Shown here in pieces: positions 18,842 to 25,784 of a stretch of DNA of 64,000 nucleotides. The stretch is taken from the NCBI GenBank assembly GCA_046716885.1, contig JBKJWL010000170.1:2245-66244 (forward strand). Reading direction: 5' to 3'. The notes below the pieces were generated by a model. The model made no database searches and was not told the origin of the DNA. It saw only the letters and a list, made by a program, of their open reading frames with translations. Origin of the DNA: Thermoanaerobaculia bacterium. Lineage in GTDB: Bacteria > Acidobacteriota > Thermoanaerobaculia > UBA5066 > Gp7-AA6. A program made the position numbers and the translations under genes. Within the stretch, counting starts at the first letter, position 1. Each line of letters begins with the position of its first letter.

Positions 18842-19863
18842 CGGGTGGCCCGGCGGGCCTTCAGGTAGAAGTCGAGGGTGCGCCGGATGCCCTCGCCGAG
18901 GCCGACCCGCGGCTCCCAGCCGAGGATCTGTCGAGCGCGGCGGATTGAGGGAACGCGCGTCAGGATGTCCTGGTAACCCGCGCCGTAGTAATCCCCGGAC
19001 GAGACTTCGACGAGGCGCGCGTTGCGGCCCAGCTCCTCGAACCCGGGCGTGCCAGCGACGGCCGCGACCATCCGCTCGGCGAGATCGCGGATCGACAGGT
19101 CGTTGGCGGGGTTCCCGATGTTGAAGATGCCGCCGTCGGCCGCGGCGCTACGGTTCTCGAGAATCGCCATGAGCGCGTCGATGCCGTCGGAGATGTAGGT
19201 GAACGACCGCCGCTGCGTGCCGCCGTCCACGAGCTTGATCGGCTCGCGGTACAGGATGTTGTGGAGGAACTGCGTGAGCACCCGGCTCGATCCCTCCTTG
19301 GGCGAGTCGATGTCGTCCAGGTGCGGGCCGAACCAGTTGAAGGGGCGGAAGAGCGTGAACTGCAGGCCCTGCTGCCCGTACGCCCAGATGACGCGGTCGA
19401 GAAGCTGCTTGCTGCACGAGTAGATCCAGCGCTGCTTCTGGATCGGTCCGTAGACGAGCGGCGAGGAGTCCTCATCGAACTCGGCGTCTTGGCACATACC
19501 GTAGACCTCGGAGGTGGACGGGAAGACGACGCGCTTCCCGTACCGGACGGCCTGCTTGACGATGCGCAGGTTCTCCTCGAAATCGAGCTCGAAGACGGCC
19601 AGCGGCCTTGTGACGTAGGCCGCCGGCGTGGCGATCGCCACCAGCGGCAGCACGACGTCGCACTTCTTGACCTGGTACTCGATCCACTCCTTGTTGATCG
19701 CGATGTCGCCCTCGAGGTACGTGAAACGCGGGTTCTCCAGGAAGGAGGCGATCTTGTCGGACCCGATGTCGAGGCCAGAAACGTGCCAGTCCGTCGTCTC
19801 GAGGATGCGCTCGGTCAGGGCGTTGCCGATGAACCCGTTGACGCCGAGGATCAGGACTCGCAT
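18838..19863 (-). CDS. arnA: UDP-glucuronate oxidative decarboxylase (stand-alone ArnA C-terminal domain)
   Basis: 341 aa. [76 protein letters not shown] is near-collinear with E. coli ArnA residues from about 315 to the end. Confidence 0.92.
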   Translation of the reverse strand: MRVLILGVNGFIGNALTERILETTDWHVSGLDIGSDKIASFLENPRFTYLEGDIAINKEWIEYQVKKCDVVLPLVAIATPAAYVTRPLAVFELDFEENLRIVKQAVRYGKRVVFPSTSEVYGMCQDAEFDEDSSPLVYGPIQKQRWIYSCSKQLLDRVIWAYGQQGLQFTLFRPFNWFGPHLDDIDSPKEGSSRVLTQFLHNILYREPIKLVDGGTQRRSFTYISDGIDALMAILENRSAAADGGIFNIGNPANDLSIRDLAERMVAAVAGTPGFEELGRNARLVEVSSGDYYGAGYQDILTRVPSIRRARQILGWEPRVGLGEGIRRTLDFYLKARRATR

Positions 19864-19866
19864 CCT

Positions 19867-20772
19867 CTACCTCCTCTCCGCCTGAAACCGCGCCCCATCC
19901 ATCTCCTCGCGGCCCTCGGGCTGAACGCGCAGGAGCTCGACGTAGCGGTCGTCGCCGCACGCGACGTTCAGCCGTCCCTCTTCGCCGCGGACCTGGCCCG
20001 GAAAGTTGTCGTGCGCCGCCAGGCCCGGAAGCGCCGTCCGCCAGACGAACGTCTTCTCCCCGAAGAGGTCCGTGAAGGCCCCGGGATACGGATGCGTGAC
20101 GGCGCGCACGAGATCGTGAACCTCTTTGGCCGGCCGGCTCCAGTCGATCAAGCCGTCTTCGGGCCGGCGCTTCCCGAAGCGCGTGGCCTGCGACTCGTCC
20201 TGCGGCCGCGTCGTCGCGGCGCCCGCCTCGAGCTCGTCGATCCGGCGCGCGAGGATCGCGGCGGCCGCGGCCGTGACCCGCCGCTGCACCTCGAGCGCCG
20301 TGTCGTCGGGGCCGATCGGAACGGCTTCCTGGTCGACAATGGCGCCGGTGTCTGCTCCTGACGTCATGGCGTGGAGTGTGGCCCCCGTGCGCGTCTCCCC
20401 CTTCAGAACCGCCCAGTTGACCGGCGCGCGCCCGCGGAACTTCGGCAGCAGCGACCCGTGCATGTTCCACGCGCCGAGCCTCGGAACCGAGAGCATCTCC
20501 TCGGGAAGGATCCGGCGGTAGTAGAAGGAGAAGATCAGGTCGGGCGCGGCGACGCGGAGGCGCGCGATCGCCTGTGGGTCGAGGGGGTTCTCCATCACGA
20601 GGGGCTCGAGGCCGTGGGCGCGGGCGAGCTCCGCGACGCTCGGGTACCAGAAATTCTCGCCGGGCGCGTCCCGGTGCGTCGCGACGAAGACAACCTTCTC
20701 GCGGCGCTCGAGCAGGAGCTTCAGGCACGCGTGGCCCGTGTCGGAGTAGGCGAAGACGGCGATGCGGGTCAT
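19867..20772 (-). CDS. arnA: UDP-Ara4N formyltransferase (stand-alone ArnA N-terminal domain)
   Basis: 301 aa with formyltransferase motifs: FSFYYRRILP, NMHGSLLPKFRGRAPVNWAVL and HAMTSGADTGAIV. It is separated by 3 nt from the decarboxylase gene. A split arnA is known, for example in Burkholderia. Confidence 0.9.
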   Translation of the reverse strand: MTRIAVFAYSDTGHACLKLLLERREKVVFVATHRDAPGENFWYPSVAELARAHGLEPLVMENPLDPQAIARLRVAAPDLIFSFYYRRILPEEMLSVPRLGAWNMHGSLLPKFRGRAPVNWAVLKGETRTGATLHAMTSGADTGAIVDQEAVPIGPDDTALEVQRRVTAAAAAILARRIDELEAGAATTRPQDESQATRFGKRRPEDGLIDWSRPAKEVHDLVRAVTHPYPGAFTDLFGEKTFVWRTALPGLAAHDNFPGQVRGEEGRLNVACGDDRYVELLRVQPEGREEMDGARFQAERR

Positions 20773-21749
20773 GGGAGTCGGGAGTCGAGAGTCGGGGGTC
20801 GGGAGGAGTCCGGAAGCTTCTCCTCGCCGAGGCCGTAGATGCGCCGGACGCGGAAGCGGGGCCGGCCGCGGACCTGCTGATAAATCCGGCCGACGTACTC
20901 GCCCACGATCCCGAGTCCGGCCATCGCGACACCGAGCAACGTGAAGAGAATCGCGAAGAGCGTGAACACGCCCTCCACCTCGGCGCCCACGATCAGCCGC
21001 CGCACGAAGAGAAACAGGCCGAAGACGATGCCGCCGAACGCGACGAGCATACCCATCAGGCCGAAGGCCTGGAGAGGCACGAGCGAGAAGCCCGTCATGA
21101 GGTCAAAGTTGAGTCGGACGAGCCGGTAGAGCGAGTAGTTCGAGACGCCGTGCTGGCGCGCCGCGTGCGCCACCTCGACCTCCGTGGGCCGGCGCGCGAA
21201 GCTCTGGGCCAGCGCCGGGATGAACGTCGAGGCCTCGTCGCAGCGGTTGATCTCCTCCACCACGTCGCGCGAGTACGCCCGGAGCATGCAGCCGAAATCG
21301 GTCAGCTTCATCCGGGTGATCGCGGTCGTGACCCGGTTGACGATCCGGGAGGCGGCCTTGCGCAGCATCGAATCCTGTCGGGACTGCCGCACGCCGCCCA
21401 CGACGTCGTACCCCTCCTCGATCTTCGCCAGGAGCTTCGGGATCTCCTCCGGCGGATTCTGCAGGTCGGCGTCGAGCGTCACGATCACGTCCCCCGAAAC
21501 CTGCTCGAAGGCGGCGAGGATCGCCTGGTGCTGGCCGAAGTTGCGGGCGAGCTCGAGCACGCGGATCCGGTCGGGGCGCTCGCGCGCGGCGGCCTGGAGG
21601 ATCTCGAGCGAGCGGTCGCGGCTCCCGTCGTCGACGAACACGAGCTCGTACGGCCGCCCCCCGGCTTCCATGACGGCGCCGAGCCGGCGAAGGAGCTCCG
21701 GCAAATTGCCTTCCTCGTTGTAGACGGGGACCACGACGGAGACTTTCAT
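20769..21749 (-). CDS. arnC: Undecaprenyl-phosphate 4-deoxy-4-formamido-L-arabinose transferase (GT2 with two C-terminal TM segments)
   Basis: 326 aa. Motifs are KVSVVVPVYNEE, FVDDGSRD and LDADLQNPPEEIP, followed by two C-terminal TM helices and YQQVRGRPRF as in E. coli ArnC. It carries an extra repeat-encoded tail of about 20 aa. Confidence 0.9.
   Translation of the reverse strand: MKVSVVVPVYNEEGNLPELLRRLGAVMEAGGRPYELVFVDDGSRDRSLEILQAAARERPDRIRVLELARNFGQHQAILAAFEQVSGDVIVTLDADLQNPPEEIPKLLAKIEEGYDVVGGVRQSRQDSMLRKAASRIVNRVTTAITRMKLTDFGCMLRAYSRDVVEEINRCDEASTFIPALAQSFARRPTEVEVAHAARQHGVSNYSLYRLVRLNFDLMTGFSLVPLQAFGLMGMLVAFGGIVFGLFLFVRRLIVGAEVEGVFTLFAILFTLLGVAMAGLGIVGEYVGRIYQQVRGRPRFRVRRIYGLGEEKLPDSSRPPTLDSRLP
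20773..20810. repeat. Tandem heptad repeat GGGAGTC x5 (degenerate), inside the 3' end of arnC
   Basis: Read directly: GGGAGTC GGGAGTC GAGAGTC GGGGGTC GGGAGGAGTC. Confidence 0.9.
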
Positions 21750-21814
21750 GGGCAGGTCGCGGGAATCTTACCCGCATTGGCGCGCCGGACGACCGGGGAC
21801 ACGGTCAGCGCCCT

Positions 21815-22978
21815 TCACCGGCGGAACCGGCCGAGCACCTCGCCGACCGCCGCGATCACGTCCTCCTGATCGGCGTCGCTGAGACCCGGAAAGAGCGGCA
21901 GCGACACGATCCGCTCTGAGACGAAGTGCGCTTCCGGAAAGTCCTCGGGGCTCCAGCCGTAGGTCTTCGCGTAGTACGTGAACTCGTGCGCCGCCGTGTA
22001 GTGGAGGCCGGTCCCGATGTTCCTGCTCTTGAGCTCCGCCATGAATTGGTCGCGCGAAATCGTCAGACGGTCGACGTCGAGGAGCGGCGTGTAGAGATGC
22101 CACGCGTGGCGCGCCGGGTACGGGACGCGCTGCGGGAGGATCAGCCCGGTCACGTCCGCGAACGCCTGGTCGTAGCGGGCGGCGAGAAGCGCGCGCTCCT
22201 GGATGAACCCGTCCAAACGCGGGAGCTGCCAGAGGCCGAGCGCCGCCTGGATGTCCATCATGTTGTACTTGAAGCCGGGGACCTCGACGTCGTAGCGGGG
22301 GCTCCCCTCCCTGGCAAACCGCTTCCACGCCTCCCGGTCCATGCCGTGGAACTTGCGCAGCGAGGCGCGCTCGAAGACGCCCTGGTCGTCGGTTACGACC
22401 ATGCCGCCTTCGCCGGTCGTGATGTTCTTGTTCGGGTGGAAGGAAAAAACCGACGTCGTCGGAAACGACCCGATCCGGCGCCCCTTGTACTCGGTCCCGA
22501 CGGCGTGGGCGGCGTCCTCGAGCACGGCGACGCCCCGCGAGCCGGCGAGCTCGAGCAGCGGATCTAGGTCCACCGGCTGGCCGACGAAGTGGACGGGCAC
22601 GATGGCCTTCGTTTTCCGCGTGAGCCGGGCCTCGATCGCCTCCACGCGGATATTCAGCGTGGCCGCGTCGATGTCGGAGAGCACGGGAACCGCGCCGCAG
22701 TGCACGATCGTATTGAGCGTGGCGACGAACGTCATCGGCGTCGTGATCACTTCGTCCCCGGGCCCGACCCCGAGCGCCAGGAGCGCCACGTGGAGACCCG
22801 CGGTCGCCGAGGAGACCGGCACCGCGAACCGGCCGCCGACGTAGTCGGCAAACGCCGCCGCGAACTTCTCGGTCTTCGGCCCCGTCGTAATCCAGCCCGA
22901 GCGCAGCGTCTCGACGACCTCGCGGATCTCCTCCTCCCCGAGGCTCGGACGGGCAAACGGCAGGAAAGAGTCGCGCAT
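21815..22978 (-). CDS. arnB: UDP-4-amino-4-deoxy-L-arabinose--oxoglutarate aminotransferase (DegT/DnrJ/EryC1 family)
   Basis: 387 aa. FLPFARPSLGEEEIREVVETLRSGWITTGPK, SSATAGLH, EDAAHAVGT and FSFHPNKNITTGEGG are collinear with E. coli ArnB. Confidence 0.9.
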   Translation of the reverse strand: MRDSFLPFARPSLGEEEIREVVETLRSGWITTGPKTEKFAAAFADYVGGRFAVPVSSATAGLHVALLALGVGPGDEVITTPMTFVATLNTIVHCGAVPVLSDIDAATLNIRVEAIEARLTRKTKAIVPVHFVGQPVDLDPLLELAGSRGVAVLEDAAHAVGTEYKGRRIGSFPTTSVFSFHPNKNITTGEGGMVVTDDQGVFERASLRKFHGMDREAWKRFAREGSPRYDVEVPGFKYNMMDIQAALGLWQLPRLDGFIQERALLAARYDQAFADVTGLILPQRVPYPARHAWHLYTPLLDVDRLTISRDQFMAELKSRNIGTGLHYTAAHEFTYYAKTYGWSPEDFPEAHFVSERIVSLPLFPGLSDADQEDVIAAVGEVLGRFRR

Positions 22979-22992
22979 GAGGCGCTGCGATC

Positions 22993-24222
22993 CTACCTGC
23001 TCCAGCGGATGCCTTCCGAGAAGTCCCAGCGCCGCGGCGGGCTCCAGATCCCGGCGCCCGCGCGCCCGGACGTCACCTCAAAGCGCAGCACGTCTCGCCG
23101 GTAGTCGTACGGCGCTCCGTCCTTCGCGTGGACCGCGGCGTCGAGCGTGTACGGGCCGGGCGCGAGATCGAGCGCCGGGATCGCGAGCGCCACCCGCGCC
23201 TCCCCCTCGAAGCGCGCCGGACGAAGGCCCTCGAGGGCCGTGTTCGTCGCGAAGACGACTGTGCCCGAGACCGTGGCGACGCGGAATCCGAACACGAAGT
23301 CCTCGAGGGCCTCGGCGGCCCGGACGGTCATCTCGAGCACGGCCGGCTCCCCCGAGCGCAGGCGCCCGGCCGCACGGCCCTCGCCGTCCAGGAGGCGCAC
23401 GCTCTCGATCGAGGCGGCACCCGAGCCGACGCGGCTGCCGCCTCCGGCCTCCCGGAGCCGGCGCCCTCCCTCCTCCACGGCCACCCGCTCGCGGTAGCGC
23501 GCGACCGTCTCGACCGCCGGCCCGTCGGCCGCGATCCGCCCGCTGTCCAGCCACAGAGCCCGCCGGCAGCGCTCGCCGACGAGCGCGAGGTCATGGGACA
23601 CGAACACGAGGGTCTTGCCGGCCCGCTCGAACTCCGAGAACTTCTCGAGGGCGCGGTGCGCGAAGGCCTCGTCGCCGACGGCGAGAACCTCGTCGACGAG
23701 AAGGACGTCCGGATCGCTGTGCGCCGCGATCGCGAAGCCCAGGCGCACGGCCATGCCCGAGGAGTATGTCTTCACGGGCGCATCCAGGAACACCTCTACC
23801 CCGGCGAAGCGCACGATCGCGTCGAAGCGCGAAGCGATCTCCTTTTTCGTCAGGCCGAGCAACAGGCCCGTGATCTCGACGTTCTCGCGGCCCGAAAGCT
23901 CGGGATGGAACCCGGCTCCGAGCTCCAGGAGCGCCGCCAGCCGCCCGCGCACGGAGACGGACCCCGCCGTCGGCCGGACGATCCCGGCCAGGAGCTTCAA
24001 GAGGGTCGACTTGCCCGAGCCGTTGGCGCCGATGACGCCGAGCGTCTGCCCCTCCGGGACCTCGAAAGACACGTCCTCGAGGGCCGTCACGCCCTCCCGT
24101 CCCGGGGAGCGCGGCGCGGCGCGCGCGAGGAGCGCCGATTTCAGCGTCCCGTGCGGACGGGAATAGCGGCGGTAGCGCTTCGTCGCGCCGCGCACGGCGA
24201 TGGCCGGCTCCCGCGTTGTCAC
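22993..24222 (-). CDS. wzt: Polysaccharide-export ABC transporter ATP-binding protein with a C-terminal glycan-binding-type extension (Wzt/TagH type)
   Basis: Track ORF 22993..24387 trimmed to GTG 24222, which forms a GTGA overlap with the wzm stop. Walker A is GANGSGKST, the signature is YSSGM, and Walker B is LLVDE. An extra C-terminal domain of about 150 aa (IESVRLLDGEG...GPYTLDAAV) resembles Wzt_C. Confidence 0.85.
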   Translation of the reverse strand: MTTREPAIAVRGATKRYRRYSRPHGTLKSALLARAAPRSPGREGVTALEDVSFEVPEGQTLGVIGANGSGKSTLLKLLAGIVRPTAGSVSVRGRLAALLELGAGFHPELSGRENVEITGLLLGLTKKEIASRFDAIVRFAGVEVFLDAPVKTYSSGMAVRLGFAIAAHSDPDVLLVDEVLAVGDEAFAHRALEKFSEFERAGKTLVFVSHDLALVGERCRRALWLDSGRIAADGPAVETVARYRERVAVEEGGRRLREAGGGSRVGSGAASIESVRLLDGEGRAAGRLRSGEPAVLEMTVRAAEALEDFVFGFRVATVSGTVVFATNTALEGLRPARFEGEARVALAIPALDLAPGPYTLDAAVHAKDGAPYDYRRDVLRFEVTSGRAGAGIWSPPRRWDFSEGIRWSR

Positions 24223-25019
24223 GCCTCCTCCGCCAGCGAGTCGCGCAGCCACTCGAAGAGGGCACCTCCGACCGCCAGACAGGCCGCGGCGGTGCCCGCC
24301 ATCCACAGCCAGTCCGCGGCCCGGACCGGGCGAAAGAAGAAGAGCGTGTCGTGCACCGCGGCGAAGTAGCTCGCGAAGGGATTGCACCGCAGGAGGCCGC
24401 GGAAGCGCTCGGGCACCGCCTCGACCGGATAGAGCACGGGCGTCAGAAAGAAGGTCAGCGTCACAAGATTGCCGACGATGTCCCGCACGTCACCGAAGTG
24501 GACCGAGAGCGCCGAGACCCCGAGCGCGATGCCGAAGACCGCGAGCGTCAGGAGCGCCAGGACGAGCGGGAACTCCAGGATCGCGGCCCCCGGTTCAACA
24601 CTCCCCCGCCCCGCGGCGACCGCGATCGCGGCCGCGAGCACCGGCAGCGCCAGGGAGAGATGGGCCAGGCGCGCAAGGACGGCCGCCGCGGGAAACACCT
24701 CGGGCGCCACCGTCGTCTTGCGCAGGAGCGGCCCGTTGGCGCGGAACGTCTCGACCGCGTCCGACAGCGACGACGATACGAACGCCCAGACCAGCACGCC
24801 CCCGAAGAGGAAGAGCGCATACGGCTGCACGGCTGCCCGCGGGGAGAACACGAAGCGGAAGACCGTCGCGTAAACGGCGAGCAGCAGGAGGGGGTTCAGG
24901 AACGACCACAGAAAGCCGAGCGCGCCGCCGCGGTAGCGGGCCGAGAGCTCCCGGCGGGCAAGCGCGAGGACGAGCGCCCGCTGCGCGATCGTGCGGCGGA
25001 GAGGGTCGAGAGGATTCAC
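24219..25019 (-). CDS. wzm: ABC-2 type polysaccharide-export permease
   Basis: Track ORF 24219..25712 trimmed to GTG 25019. VNPLDPLRRTIAQRALVLALARRELSARYRGGALGFLWSFLNPLL is the typical Wzm/TagG N-terminus. Six hydrophobic segments; 266 aa. Confidence 0.8.
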   Translation of the reverse strand: MNPLDPLRRTIAQRALVLALARRELSARYRGGALGFLWSFLNPLLLLAVYATVFRFVFSPRAAVQPYALFLFGGVLVWAFVSSSLSDAVETFRANGPLLRKTTVAPEVFPAAAVLARLAHLSLALPVLAAAIAVAAGRGSVEPGAAILEFPLVLALLTLAVFGIALGVSALSVHFGDVRDIVGNLVTLTFFLTPVLYPVEAVPERFRGLLRCNPFASYFAAVHDTLFFFRPVRAADWLWMAGTAAACLAVGGALFEWLRDSLAEEA

Positions 25020-25020
25020 A

Positions 25021-25056
25021 GTTTCGAGTTTGGGGTTTCGGGTTTCGAGTTCGGGG
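25021..25056. repeat. Direct repeats GTTTCGAGTT (x2, 21 nt apart) with internal GGGTTTC heptads, in the wzm/ABC divergent intergenic region
   Basis: Read directly: GTTTCGAGTT TGG GGTTTCG G GTTTCGAGTT CGGGG. Confidence 0.9.
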
Positions 25057-25097
25057 CGAACGCTCGCAACGCCGTTGCCTCGGGTATTCTCCCATCG

Positions 25098-25784
25098 ATG
25101 TCCCTCGACGGCTTCGCGCCCGCCGTGTCCTGCCGGGCAGTCTCGAAAGTCTACGCAGGGGCCGAACCGGTCGTCGCGCTCGACCGTCTGGATCTGGAGG
25201 CGCCGTCCGGGGAGTTTCTCGCCCTGGTGGGCGAGTCCGGCAGCGGGAAATCGACGCTTCTGCATCTGCTGGGCGGCATCGACCGGCCCACGGGCGGGCA
25301 GATCCTGGTTGGCGGGCGGGACATCGGGACGCTCCCCGAGCGGGATCTCGTGCTCTACCGGCGGCGCGAAGTCGGCATGGTGTTCCAGTTCTTCAACCTG
25401 CTCGCGCACCTGACGGTCCGGGAGAACGTGGAGCTGCCGCGCCGGTTGGACGGGCGCGAGGACGCGGACGAGCGAGCGCGGGAGCTTCTCGAGAGGGTCG
25501 GCCTCGCGCGCCGCGCCGCGGCTCACCCGTACGAGCTCTCGGGCGGCGAGTTGCAGCGGGTCGCGATCGCTCGGGCGCTCTCCACGGGCGCCCGGCTGCT
25601 GCTGGCCGACGAGCCCACGGGGAACCTCGACAGCCGCAATGGCGAGGGCGTGCTCGCGCTCTTGGACGAGATCCGCCGGGAGCGCGGCGTGACGCTGTTT
25701 CTGGCGACGCACTCAACGGCCGCGGCCGGACGGGCCGATCGGGTCGCGACGGTCAAGGACGGGCGGATCTGCTCTCCCCGATGA
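25098..25784 (+). CDS. ABC transporter ATP-binding protein (LolD/MacB/YbbA-type)
   Basis: Track ORF 24216..25784 trimmed to ATG 25098. Motifs are GESGSGKSTLL, LSGGELQRVAIARAL and LLLADEPTGNLD. 228 aa. Confidence 0.85.
   Translation: MSLDGFAPAVSCRAVSKVYAGAEPVVALDRLDLEAPSGEFLALVGESGSGKSTLLHLLGGIDRPTGGQILVGGRDIGTLPERDLVLYRRREVGMVFQFFNLLAHLTVRENVELPRRLDGREDADERARELLERVGLARRAAAHPYELSGGELQRVAIARALSTGARLLLADEPTGNLDSRNGEGVLALLDEIRRERGVTLFLATHSTAAAGRADRVATVKDGRICSPR

Noticed and set aside
14465-18868. 1467-aa plus-strand ORF, the longest in the track
   Set aside because: The product is Arg/Gly/Pro/Ala-rich with no motifs. It lies out of frame or antisense over recognisable genes (the YfhO-like gene, the PIG-V-like gene and arnD). 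This is typical shadow-ORF behaviour in ~70% GC DNA.
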